Shown: positions 47,704 through 57,279 of the stretch, piece by piece | How the letters are laid out: each line of letters starts with the position of its first letter | Numbering within the stretch: the stretch's first letter is position 1 | Assembly: GCA_015523565.1 (NCBI GenBank) | Contig: WAKA01000126.1 | Coordinates: 1 to 61,379 of the forward strand | Origin: Candidatus Heimdallarchaeota archaeon | Lineage (GTDB): Archaea; Asgardarchaeota; Heimdallarchaeia; Heimdallarchaeales; Kariarchaeaceae | Direction: 5' to 3' | DNA length: 61,379 nucleotides | Position numbers and translations under genes: made by a program | Notes under the pieces: generated by a model | The model's input: the letters and a program-made list of their open reading frames with translations, nothing else | Databases searched by the model: none | Told to the model about the DNA's origin: nothing

Positions 47704-48558
47704 GTGATCCCCAAAATTATCATAAAACATGATGTACATAATTGGATTGCTGAGGATTTACCTTTTTATGACATTTCCTCCAGCTTTGTCCCAAATAAAA
47801 AAGTCACAGCTGTCATAATTGCAAAGCAGGAAGGTATTGTCTGTGGATTGGAAATTGCTGAGGAAATTTTCTCTCAATGTGGCACTGCATTTCTCCCACT
47901 GAAAAATGATGGAGCTCACGTGAAAAAATTGGATCAAATCGCACAAATCAATGGAATGGTTCGCGATATTTTGATTGCTGAAAGAACTGCATTGAACATA
48001 CTTGGTCATTTGTCAGGAATAGCTACACAAACCAACAAACTTGTATCGCTGTTGACTTCACAAGGACTGAAAACAAGAATTGCCGCAACCCGGAAAACCC
48101 TTCCAGGATTGAGAAGATATGAAAAATACGCCGTTGAAATAGGGGGTGGCGATACCCATCGTCTCAATCTCAGCGATATGGTTCTCCTCAAGGAAAATCA
48201 TCTTGCAGAATTTGAAAGTGTCACCCAAGCCCTTCAAACAGTAAAGGATAAGATATCCTTTTCCAAAAAAATAGAAATTGAAGTGACCAATGAAACTGAA
48301 GCCTTGGAAGCCGCCTCAACAGGATTGGCTGATATTATCATGCTGGACAATTTTTCGCCTGATGAAATCAGAAATGTAATCCACAAAATAAAAAAAATTG
48401 ATCCAAACGTACTCATCGAAGCTTCAGGAGGTATTACCCCCCACAATCTAGTTGACTATGCAACCGCAGGTGTCGATATAATATCAATGGGATACCTTAC
48501 ACATTCCGTAAAAAATTTTGACTTGTCCCTCTTGGTGAAAACAAACATCGATAATTAA
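47704..48558 (+). CDS. nadC: Quinolinate phosphoribosyltransferase
   Basis: AERTALN, TRKTLPG, HRLNLSD, KENH, IMLDN, EASGGI. Confidence 0.95.
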   Translation: MIPKIIIKHDVHNWIAEDLPFYDISSSFVPNKKVTAVIIAKQEGIVCGLEIAEEIFSQCGTAFLPLKNDGAHVKKLDQIAQINGMVRDILIAERTALNILGHLSGIATQTNKLVSLLTSQGLKTRIAATRKTLPGLRRYEKYAVEIGGGDTHRLNLSDMVLLKENHLAEFESVTQALQTVKDKISFSKKIEIEVTNETEALEAASTGLADIIMLDNFSPDEIRNVIHKIKKIDPNVLIEASGGITPHNLVDYATAGVDIISMGYLTHSVKNFDLSLLVKTNIDN

Positions 48559-48574
48559 CTATTTCTACGACAAT

Positions 48575-50074
48575 TTACACGGATTCAATAATTTTTTCCT
48601 CAATGCCACCTATGGACCTTAAGTACTCTTTCCTGTCTTTCCTAAGCTCTTCCATTCTTTTCTTGAATTCATCCGCTCCAAAATACTGCCTTGGATCAAA
48701 CTTCCCAAACTCATCCTTGAAACTTTTTCCATTGATGAGTTTTGGAACTTCATAACCTAAATCCTCATCAAATTCCCACTCAATGTTGCCACGGATTGCC
48801 GCCTCAATAAAGTAAATGGTGTCATCAACTCCTATGTTGTGACTTTCATCTCCTACATATCCTGTATTTACAACAAATGAATTGACACCTCCCTTTTTGG
48901 CTATCAGTTCCTGCATTCGGTTCACATTCAATCCTTTATTCGAAATGATGAATGGATCAAATCCCACAACTCTCCTTGGTTCTCCAACACGTGATGGGTC
49001 TTCCGCTGATGTCACTATGGATTCTCCCAAGGCGTAATATGCCGCAGATTGTTCTGGACTTGTTAACCTGCCTATTGGTGGTAATTCAGGACGCCTAGTG
49101 TTATACAGAATGAAATTCAAGTTTGGAAGGTCAATGAAATCGCCTGTACCCCTTAAACTTTCCCTGGAAATGATTGCTCGTGTATTTCTTGTAATGGAAA
49201 AGTTCTTCCAGTCAATTTTGCCGTTCTCATCCACATATACGTTCTCAAGAATGTTCCCTGGCTTAAGGGTCGCTTCTGTCAATTGCTTGTGCTCTGGAAA
49301 TGAGTCACACTTGACATAGAACCCCTTTTCTGTTCCATAAACGTTGGTCTCGCTGTCAATCAATACAATGTCATCTTGAAGGATTACTACTCCCTCAGGA
49401 TCTTTCAAATGATGGTCGTGGCATGTCAAGGTCGTCTTTCCTGTACCGGACAACCCGAAAATTATCATGCCTTTCTTGACGATCTCCCCTTCTTCATTAA
49501 GCTTGAATACCTTTGAACCAGCGTGTACTCCCAAACCATGGTTGTCCGTTCTCATTATTTCCATGACCATTCTAAGAATACTCATTTTCGCCTCCCCATA
49601 ATAATCTATTCCCAAAACATAGGTGATACGCCTCTTTGGATCGACAATGACTCTCCTTTCAGGATAATGGGGGACATACAATGTCATGATGTCTGGATTT
49701 TCATGCGGTTTATCTGCCACAAAGAAATTCCTTTCCAACATCAAGGCAACGTTTGCATTCTTCTTATAGACTGCAAAAGATGCATTCATCCGAATTTTTG
49801 GATTTTCTCCAACATGCAAATGCATGACCAAAAAGTCTTCTGGCTTGACCAATTCATATACTTTCGAAATCACTTCCTCATTCTCTTTGTCTCCATCTGC
49901 CAAAATATGCGTAAATGCTGCAGACCTTGCATGGATTTTCGTGTGGAACAAAGGAAGACCATATTCATTTGGAACCATTTGGGGTTTCGACAATTCAAGC
50001 AAATTATCTCTTGAAGGATTTACCTGATCCTCAGGCACTTTTGAAATGAATTCAAGAAAACGCTCCTTGTACAT
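48575..50074 (-). CDS. pckA: Phosphoenolpyruvate carboxykinase (ATP)
   Basis: YYGEAK, FGLSGTGKTT, QDD, GTEKGFYVK, NTR, VNTG. Confidence 0.85.
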   Translation of the reverse strand: MYKERFLEFISKVPEDQVNPSRDNLLELSKPQMVPNEYGLPLFHTKIHARSAAFTHILADGDKENEEVISKVYELVKPEDFLVMHLHVGENPKIRMNASFAVYKKNANVALMLERNFFVADKPHENPDIMTLYVPHYPERRVIVDPKRRITYVLGIDYYGEAKMSILRMVMEIMRTDNHGLGVHAGSKVFKLNEEGEIVKKGMIIFGLSGTGKTTLTCHDHHLKDPEGVVILQDDIVLIDSETNVYGTEKGFYVKCDSFPEHKQLTEATLKPGNILENVYVDENGKIDWKNFSITRNTRAIISRESLRGTGDFIDLPNLNFILYNTRRPELPPIGRLTSPEQSAAYYALGESIVTSAEDPSRVGEPRRVVGFDPFIISNKGLNVNRMQELIAKKGGVNSFVVNTGYVGDESHNIGVDDTIYFIEAAIRGNIEWEFDEDLGYEVPKLINGKSFKDEFGKFDPRQYFGADEFKKRMEELRKDRKEYLRSIGGIEEKIIESV

Positions 50075-50256
50075 ACGCGATTCCCGAAAGTTTGCTTTAA
50101 TTATATTTTGTTATTCCTGCCAAGTGATCTACATTTAATGAACAAAAATTCATTTTTTTGTGGTATTTCCTCCAAAATTGCTTTTTTTCATAAAGGAATT
50201 TTCATATGACCCCAAACAATTGACAAATTAAGGGTAATGCCCATTTCAAATTATTA

Positions 50257-51549
50257 ATGTTCTCAACGCCTGAAGAATTTTTCACAATAGTTCCTGAACT
50301 TAAATCAATCAATTTGGAACTTTGTGTCTCGTGCAAAGGCACACAACTCAAATGCGGAATGAATTATTGTCCAATTCTCAAGGCTTTCGAAATGAAAAAC
50401 AAAGTGAATTCAAAAATTGAAACCATCTCTTTCAATAGGACTATTCATGGACCCTCTCCGCAGGTATTCATTGGAAGCACAAATTATCCCAATGTCATGT
50501 CTGGACCAACATCCGTCCTTTTTCCTGATGATGCAAAATTAGACCTCATTGCTAATCCTGCCGCTTGGAACACACTTTCGCTTGATGAAGTCATTGAAAT
50601 GAGATTTAATCTCTCAAGGAACATGAAGCAACTGCCTGTCAATATTGTCCGCCATGAAAACTCCTTTGTAGAAAACATGCAGGAAATAGCACTGTCAACC
50701 CGTCCTGTCGATATTGAAGGTGAACTCCTCAAACCAATCCAATTCTCCCCTAAGGTTGATCCCATTTCTCAACCGTTTGGTCCAAGCCTCGAAATCAAGA
50801 AATTCAAATTGGTTGAAAATCCAAAAATCCCACAAAAAGTGGATACAATATTGTCTGATGAACTCTCCACATTCCATCAGTTGAATCTCCTTGACAGAAA
50901 TGGGTTTGATGTTTATTATATCCAGAATATCTTTTCAACAGGTCTTATGGGAAAGGCAGATCAACGGAAAATTGTCCCTACAAGATGGACTATTACCGCC
51001 GTCGACGATACGCTCGGAAAAACAAAACTTAGGAAAATACGGGATTTCCCCCCATTGTCTAATATTCTTGCCTTCCATGGCGGACTCTTCGGAAATTATT
51101 TCACCATTGTATTGTTTCCGGGTCTTTGGATGTTTGAAAACTTTGAGGCTTGGGGAAGCAACTCCATATTCACATTGGGAACCAATGGCTTTCTTTCCTT
51201 GAACGATGAAGGCTTCAATGCACAAACACGCTATAATGGCAAAAGTAGCTACGCATCACAGGCGGGAGGATACTATGCCGCCAGACTGGCTGTGCTTGAA
51301 TACCTTGAAAAAATTGGGAAACAAGCCATGGTTGTCTCAATCAGGGAAATCACCAATGAATATACTGTGCCGGCTGGGGTTTGGGTTGTCAGGGAAGCCG
51401 CCCGAAAAACATTGGCAACACCCCCAACTTCTTTTAGCTCAAGAAACGAACTCCTTGAATGGATACATGAAAAAATTCGAAGACCTCTGATTGACTATTC
51501 CTCAAGATCCAAAATACTTGCGCAACAAAGCCTTCTTGACTTCTTCTAA
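50257..51549 (+). CDS. nreA: Nre-family archaeal DNA repair protein
   Basis: LCVSCKG...CG...CP, RKIVPTRWTITAVDD, GGYYAARLAVLEYL, PAGVWVVRE. C-terminal PIP box QQSLLDFF. Confidence 0.9.
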   Translation: MFSTPEEFFTIVPELKSINLELCVSCKGTQLKCGMNYCPILKAFEMKNKVNSKIETISFNRTIHGPSPQVFIGSTNYPNVMSGPTSVLFPDDAKLDLIANPAAWNTLSLDEVIEMRFNLSRNMKQLPVNIVRHENSFVENMQEIALSTRPVDIEGELLKPIQFSPKVDPISQPFGPSLEIKKFKLVENPKIPQKVDTILSDELSTFHQLNLLDRNGFDVYYIQNIFSTGLMGKADQRKIVPTRWTITAVDDTLGKTKLRKIRDFPPLSNILAFHGGLFGNYFTIVLFPGLWMFENFEAWGSNSIFTLGTNGFLSLNDEGFNAQTRYNGKSSYASQAGGYYAARLAVLEYLEKIGKQAMVVSIREITNEYTVPAGVWVVREAARKTLATPPTSFSSRNELLEWIHEKIRRPLIDYSSRSKILAQQSLLDFF

Positions 51550-52436
51550 TGCAATTCTTCTGTACTTTTATACTGCATCCTCTCCCTCATCAAATCCGCA
51601 AATTCATCCGCCATCCCCCTCTTGAACCATTCGTAGCCGACATCCATGAAAGATTCCTTCATCTTGCGATATTCAAGAAACATTTGTGTCAGTTTTGGTA
51701 TCTTTGGACGTATCAATTCAAGCATCTTCTGCGCAACAATCCGTATCTCCTTCTGAGCATGCTTGTCCAAACGCAAGTCAAGAAAATGAAACAGATTATG
51801 CAAATCCATCTTAAAGGTATACGTCGTCATCATGTTTTGAGGCAAAAACTGCCGGGCTGTCTCAGGTGCAACTCCTCGTTCAATAAGGTCATAATAAAGT
51901 TCCAAGCTTTCTTTTGTTATCCTATATGCCTTCTCATAATCCTCATCAAAATCATCAGAACCATATAGAATTACATTCCCACTGCCCTGTTTCGTAATGG
52001 AAGTATCCCTGCGCCGAAGCTCAAAATCAAAAAATGACATGTCCTGTGTCGTATACCTCCTGCTGACCTCGTTTATTGATGCTGTCCTGTGCCGATGCAT
52101 CTGCCTCGCAACAAATATCGGCACATGTACCAAAAACATGAACTCTATATTCTCAAAGGGACTGGTGTGTCGGTGCCACATTAGATATCTGGCAAGGGCA
52201 ATGTCCTGTGCCTCAGTCCTGCCAACCTCTTCCTTCGAGAATATCTTGCCATAGGAAATCCGTGCAACTTTTGCAGGCTTGCGATCATCATCCAATTGCA
52301 TCATGTCCAACAATTCAACATCAATGCCATGAAACTCCACCGTGAGCCGCTCTCCACTCTTGAGCTCAATCACTATGGGTTTGGGGTCATATTTCGAATC
52401 AACCCACTCATGTTCTACCATACCCCCCCTTTGCAT
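51546..52436 (-). CDS. thyX: FAD-dependent thymidylate synthase
   Basis: HTSPFE, ARQMHRHRTASINEVSRRY, HAQKEIR. Confidence 0.95.
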   Translation of the reverse strand: MQRGGMVEHEWVDSKYDPKPIVIELKSGERLTVEFHGIDVELLDMMQLDDDRKPAKVARISYGKIFSKEEVGRTEAQDIALARYLMWHRHTSPFENIEFMFLVHVPIFVARQMHRHRTASINEVSRRYTTQDMSFFDFELRRRDTSITKQGSGNVILYGSDDFDEDYEKAYRITKESLELYYDLIERGVAPETARQFLPQNMMTTYTFKMDLHNLFHFLDLRLDKHAQKEIRIVAQKMLELIRPKIPKLTQMFLEYRKMKESFMDVGYEWFKRGMADEFADLMRERMQYKSTEELH

Positions 52437-52529
52437 GTCCGCTTTTGGCTGTTACGATAATCCATCATACTTACCACATCTTAAAATCCTACATTTAAAT
52501 AGGTATATGCATCCTATCATTTATAGAAA

Positions 52530-53270
52530 ATGGCTGGATGGATAGACGATCAATACAAATTTCTTCATAGGGCACTGACACATCCAGTCAAGCTCATGAG
52601 AAAAAAAGCATTCGAACAAATCAGCAATGAAAATCTCCTTCTTAAATTTATCATGAAATCAAATGACAGGGATCTAAAAAAAATGGCGTTCAACAAAATC
52701 AAGGACGAACTCCTTCTCAAGCAACTTGCCATTGGATGCATGGACCCCGACCTTAGAAGATATGCCGTCGTCGAGCTTAAAACACCTGACGACTCACTCT
52801 TCTCATATCTTGTCAATGAAGACAATGATTTTCTCGTCAGAAGGGAAGCACTTGAAAAAATAAGGGACAAGAGAACAATTGAAAAACTGGTTCCAAAAAT
52901 ATCAGAACCATCACTCAAAAAAATAGCACTCGCAAAAATCTCTGACCAATATTTCCTCAGAAGGATTGCAGTCAATGACCCCAATCCAAAGATCAGGCTC
53001 TATGCATTGAGGTGTCTCAAGCAATGCGACTCATATTATCTCTACCAAAGGGCGCTGAATGATGCCGATTTCTATGTCAGGGAACTCGCCTGCCGACTTA
53101 TCCGTAACGATGCCCTGCTTTGCGATTTGGTCCTCAAAACATCTGACATGTTACTTGCACAACAGGCAATCCTCAAAATCAATAACGTGGAACTGCTTGC
53201 ATACCTAAGAATGCTTGCCCCCTCACATCTTCAAGCCTTGATCTCGAAACGAATTTCTCAGGTCAAATGA
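52530..53270 (+). CDS. Short HEAT-like repeat protein
   Basis: Repeats of about 24 aa, e.g. RKKAFEQISNENLL, KKMAFNKIKDELLL, RREALEKIRDKRTI. Confidence 0.75.
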   Translation: MAGWIDDQYKFLHRALTHPVKLMRKKAFEQISNENLLLKFIMKSNDRDLKKMAFNKIKDELLLKQLAIGCMDPDLRRYAVVELKTPDDSLFSYLVNEDNDFLVRREALEKIRDKRTIEKLVPKISEPSLKKIALAKISDQYFLRRIAVNDPNPKIRLYALRCLKQCDSYYLYQRALNDADFYVRELACRLIRNDALLCDLVLKTSDMLLAQQAILKINNVELLAYLRMLAPSHLQALISKRISQVK

Positions 53271-53307
53271 TATATCATCCCATTTATATAGCATAACTGC
53301 CCAAAAA

Positions 53308-53703
53308 ATGTTAATGATTGAACCCGAAATCAATAAATCCATCACAATTACAGATAATGCAAAGGCCGCTGTACTTGAAGCAGTCAAGGATTTCTCGGGC
53401 GAATGGTTCCTTAGAATTTTTGTCCAGAACTCACCCACAGGATTGCAATACGCAATGGCTGTGGATACAAAAGCATTCAGCCAAGACAAGGTCATCGAGA
53501 CCAATGGCTTGAAAGTTGTTGTTGATAACATAAGTGAGCCTTTTGTGCTTGGCGCCACTGTCGATTTTGTCAAAACTGAGGAAAACGCAGGCTTCAAGGT
53601 GTCCAACCCCTATGTCGATCTCTCAGCCATCGGGGGAAGCTGTTGCTCTGGTGGCTCTTGCGGAGGTGGGAGCTGTGGAAGCGGCGGCTGCGGTTCCTGC
53701 TGA
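53308..53703 (+). CDS. HesB/IscA-like A-type Fe-S carrier with Cys/Gly-rich tail
   Basis: ITITDNAK...LRIFV...VVVDNISEPFVLGATVDFV...GFKVSNP; tail CCSGGSCGGGSCGSGGCGSC. Confidence 0.82.
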   Translation: MLMIEPEINKSITITDNAKAAVLEAVKDFSGEWFLRIFVQNSPTGLQYAMAVDTKAFSQDKVIETNGLKVVVDNISEPFVLGATVDFVKTEENAGFKVSNPYVDLSAIGGSCCSGGSCGGGSCGSGGCGSC

Positions 53704-53704
53704 T

Positions 53705-54502
53705 TTAAAATGAACTTCTTCGCTTGATCATTCGATCTGTTGTGAATACTGTTACATCATTTAACTCATTTGAATTGACTAGATCCAAAATAATTTTTGT
53801 CACCTGCTCTTCTGGAAGACCAAACTCATTTGCAATCTCATCAAACATAATCTGGTTCGCTCCCCCTTCCCATTGACGCTTGACATGCTCTACCACCATT
53901 TCTGGTACCATGTCCCTTAACATCAACCGTCCACTTGCAAGTTTGACAACCGCACTTTTCTCATCACTTAACCATTTTTCCAAAATCCCCTCAAATATTT
54001 CACGATGTGGAAGCTCTTCCAAGATATCTTCATACATTATTTCATCCTCTACAAAATCCTTGCCTGAAAGAACCCCTTCCCATGTCTGTTTCAAATATCT
54101 CTGACTGTAAACCTTTTCCTCCCCAAAAATGTACTCATTGATTCTCTGCTTCCTCCTTAACTCATCCTTTAGCGCCAATATTGACCGCTTTTTGCTCAAT
54201 TTCAATGCTTTGCTCAATTCATCTACTGTAATGGGTTCTTGCTCAATTTGTTTCAATATTTGCTCAAAAATTGGTGTTGGATCTCCTGGAATAAACCAGC
54301 CCTTCTTGCCAACAAACCTCCCCGCAATCTTTTTCTCAGCAACCAATCTTTCCATGACTTGCTTTAAAATTTCCCCATCTACTGGTGATTCAGGTAGATT
54401 TGTTATTTGAACGGGATCCTCAAACGGGAAGTTGAGTAAAAACTCTTCGGCTTTCTGCTCTGGGGTTTTCCGACCCCCAAAAATTTTCTTGAAAAATGAC
54501 AT
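53705..54502 (-). CDS. Tandem winged-helix (PCI/UFL1-like) protein with amphipathic N-terminus
   Basis: MSFFKKIFGG start. wHTH-like units ITVDELSKALKLS and IMFDEIANEFGLPEEQVTKIILDLV. Confidence 0.55.
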   Translation of the reverse strand: MSFFKKIFGGRKTPEQKAEEFLLNFPFEDPVQITNLPESPVDGEILKQVMERLVAEKKIAGRFVGKKGWFIPGDPTPIFEQILKQIEQEPITVDELSKALKLSKKRSILALKDELRRKQRINEYIFGEEKVYSQRYLKQTWEGVLSGKDFVEDEIMYEDILEELPHREIFEGILEKWLSDEKSAVVKLASGRLMLRDMVPEMVVEHVKRQWEGGANQIMFDEIANEFGLPEEQVTKIILDLVNSNELNDVTVFTTDRMIKRRSSF

Positions 54503-54584
54503 GATCTACATTTCTTGGTGGATTTCATATAATTTGCGGTTCCATTTCTCCCTTTCTTGATTCTTCCTTCGTTACTACTGCCGC

Positions 54585-54761
54585 ATCTGCCCTGTGCATT
54601 GCGCGGTGGTTTCCATTGCCTGCTTTGCGCAGTATGCGCAGTGTTGTTTGCGCACGCTGCGCAATTTTGAGTTGCGCAATGCATTATACTGCGCAATTAT
54701 CTGCCCTGTGTTGCGCAGTGCATTGCGCAACATTGCCTCCATCCAATGCGCAACTTGCGCA
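54585..54761. repeat. Non-coding array of TGCGCA palindromes
   Basis: Ten exact TGCGCA (54626, 54635, 54649, 54658, 54673, 54690, 54712, 54724, 54747, 54756) plus TGCGCG at 54600. Direct repeat ATCTGCCCTGTG at 54585 and 54699. Confidence 0.92.
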
Positions 54762-54868
54762 GCAGTAGATTACTTCTATTAAACAGAATGTCCTTTGTGA
54801 CAATCCCTGCTATCCCTCAGTTACCTTTTTTAATCCCCGTGTGAATCATTAGTTTGTCAGGTGATTTA

Positions 54869-55102
54869 ATGGCTAAGGCATACGTATTGATCAATACCGA
54901 CGTGGGTAAGGAAGACGAAATCCTGCAGAAAATCAGAAGTTTTGACGGAATTGAAGACGCACATATTGTCTATGGAACCTATGACATGATTGTCAAGGTT
55001 AAGGCACAAACACAAGGGGAACTCAAACAGACTATCCTTAAACAGTTCAGAACCCTCGACCATATGCGGGGAACCATTACTCTCATTGCTGTCGATGATT
55101 AA
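54869..55102 (+). CDS. Stand-alone Lrp/AsnC ligand-binding (RAM) domain protein
   Basis: AYVLIN...G.E..I...HIVYGTYDMIVKV. SD AGGTGA before ATG 54869. Confidence 0.88.
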   Translation: MAKAYVLINTDVGKEDEILQKIRSFDGIEDAHIVYGTYDMIVKVKAQTQGELKQTILKQFRTLDHMRGTITLIAVDD

Positions 55103-55992
55103 TCTTCAAATTCCTGCTTGATTATCCAAATATTTGAAAACAGTATTAACAACATCCCTATAAATATCTGCAAATTGGGAATGACTCCCCTAAATATGTC
55201 TATCAACAACGCAAATATCGGTTCCAAAGCAAAGATAATCGCTATATGTGACGAGGGAACCCCTACATTCTGTGAATATGTCTGCGAAAAAAAAGCAAAG
55301 GCTGTTGCCAAAACTGATGTGACCACTAACGTCACCCAAACAATATATGGCAAATTCATTCCTGAAAAAGGATTCCACACTGTTCCCCTTGCCATTGCAA
55401 CAATATATGCCTCGGTTGAAACAACAAACAATTGCACAATTACCAACCCTATTGGATCATGTCCACTTACCCGTTCTGTATAAAGAACATGTAGTGCAAC
55501 TGCAATTGCAGTCAACACTATGATGGCATCCCCAATCTCTATCCTAAAATTGGATATGTCCAATGTCATTAATGCAAGCCCTATCAAGGCAACAAATGAA
55601 AGCGTTAACTCAATACGCCTCAATGCACGCCCGAAGAAAACACCCAAAATAGGTACAAACACGACATTCAGCCCAGTGATGAATGCGGCCTTTGCTGGTG
55701 TTGTCATTGTCAATCCAACTGTTTGAAACCAAAAGGAAAGATAAAGCAGGGTTCCCAATATTGCCCCATCTTTAAGCATATCCAAATGCATTGCCTTTAT
55801 CGTTTTGATGCCAAATGGAAACAGCAAGATCCCCCCCAAAAAAAATCTGACTGCTAAGAACCCATCTAATGGAATGATGGATACTGTTTCCTTAACCAAT
55901 ACAAATGTACTGCCCCAAAAAAAAGTGGTTAAAATCAGAGAAATTATCCCTGTCTGCTTTGAAGAAATGCCCACATCTCTGCTTCTAGTCAT
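55099..55992 (-). CDS. EamA/DMT family transporter
   Basis: WGSTFVLVK, AAFITGLNVVFVP, IFALEPIFA. Confidence 0.9.
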   Translation of the reverse strand: MTRSRDVGISSKQTGIISLILTTFFWGSTFVLVKETVSIIPLDGFLAVRFFLGGILLFPFGIKTIKAMHLDMLKDGAILGTLLYLSFWFQTVGLTMTTPAKAAFITGLNVVFVPILGVFFGRALRRIELTLSFVALIGLALMTLDISNFRIEIGDAIIVLTAIAVALHVLYTERVSGHDPIGLVIVQLFVVSTEAYIVAMARGTVWNPFSGMNLPYIVWVTLVVTSVLATAFAFFSQTYSQNVGVPSSHIAIIFALEPIFALLIDIFRGVIPNLQIFIGMLLILFSNIWIIKQEFED

Positions 55993-56017
55993 GCAAATTA
56001 AAACTTGTTTTAATGGT

Positions 56018-56320
56018 TTATTCTGGCGTAAATATCTCTATATGGATTTCTGGAACTATTGCCTTGCATATTTTTCTGACACCATGGTCTCCTGGTTCAT
56101 AACGGCATTCAACTAATTTTGCCTTTTCCAAATGCTTTACTTGTGCTGAAATATTGGCCTCGGTTTGATCCAATGCCCTTGCAAGTTTGCTGATGTCATA
56201 TTCTTCCTCTGCCAGCAGTTGCAGAATCTTGAATCTCGTAGGTGAAGACATTGCCTTTGTAATTGCAATTATTCGATCTTGATCTGTGCTTTTCAATAAT
56301 ATTTTCTTCATAACAATCAC
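56018..56320 (-). CDS. ArsR-family HTH regulator
   Basis: KAMSSPTRFKILQLL...DISKLARALDQTEANISAQVKHLEKAKLV...GVRKIC. Confidence 0.88.
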   Translation of the reverse strand: MIVMKKILLKSTDQDRIIAITKAMSSPTRFKILQLLAEEEYDISKLARALDQTEANISAQVKHLEKAKLVECRYEPGDHGVRKICKAIVPEIHIEIFTPE

Positions 56321-56618
56321 TTCTTTAATGGTTTATCAGCAATATTTAATTAAATGGTGAGTTATTTAAAGCTTACACTATATTGCAAATTTTTAAAATC
56401 TTAATTTTTACTTTAAGATCAATTTAATATTATTTATCGATTCATTATATGGTCTCTAAAATCATTCTGGCGCTTTTTTGTTTTCTCTCTCTAAAATTTG
56501 CCTTTACCACCCTTTCTATTTGCTGTTTATAAGTATTATTCTCCTTTCTCCCAAGGAACTTAATGATCAATCCGTAAGAACCGAATATCTTTTATTGGTG
56601 GATTTTTTTTCTCTTTTT

Positions 56619-57146
56619 ATGGTTGAATCTCTTCCTGATCATGTTCCCATTGAAATTGATCAAAAAGACATTGACTTGTTAATTAATGCCCTTGATCTTA
56701 TGGGCTTTTCATTTACCCCCATGCAAATTTTACGGACTGGTGTGGTCTTTTCTAAAGTAAAACAAATTAAATTTAACAATCAACTTGTGGAGTTGCATGT
56801 CAGAATTTATCACAATGGGAAAATCACTGCTGAATTTGAGCCCAGGAGATTGAGGAATCCAATTAAACATATCTTCTCTGCAAGCTATTCCGCGCATGAA
56901 TGGGTTATTTCTGTTCTAAAGGAGAATAGTATTGACTACCATATAAACGAAGGCTTAAGGTTTATTTACAATATGCAGGTTCCTGATGATTTTCCTTTTC
57001 GAATTAATGAACTTCTGAAATTTATGGTTGGTTGCATTTTTCATTATCCTTTGGGGTTGGGTTGGATGATCTGGTATCGGTTAAGAAAACATTTTTTCCA
57101 TTCTGTTTTTCAAATCGAAAGTCAGTTTCCCAATGAACAAAGCTAA
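56619..57146 (+). CDS. Hypothetical protein
   Basis: Likely start at ATG 56619 (MVESLPDH). Motif ELHVRIY...AEFEP...H. Confidence 0.55.
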   Translation: MVESLPDHVPIEIDQKDIDLLINALDLMGFSFTPMQILRTGVVFSKVKQIKFNNQLVELHVRIYHNGKITAEFEPRRLRNPIKHIFSASYSAHEWVISVLKENSIDYHINEGLRFIYNMQVPDDFPFRINELLKFMVGCIFHYPLGLGWMIWYRLRKHFFHSVFQIESQFPNEQS

Positions 57147-57164
57147 ATCCCCCTGTTTTATCTC

Positions 57165-57175
57165 TTTTTTTTTTT
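57165..57175 (+). terminator. Oligo-T tract (archaeal-type terminator)
   Basis: T11 run starting 19 nt after the stop at 57146. Confidence 0.5.
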
Positions 57176-57279
57176 AAAAAATTGATCATCGTTTTTCTTC
57201 TTCCATTAAATTCCTTACTCCCTTTGTTAATCTCGTTTTATTTCAAAATTGTTAATGGATTACTCTAGTGTTTTTCATC

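Noticed and set aside
53698-53730. Selenocysteine readthrough of TGC-TGA at the end of the HesB-like gene
   Set aside because: Readthrough would run into the convergent gene and stop within a few codons. No SECIS recognised.
54403-54782. ORFs 54403..54696(-) and 54594..54782(+)
   Set aside because: Their Cys/Ala/Arg-rich translations simply reflect the TGCGCA repeats, and one overlaps a better gene.
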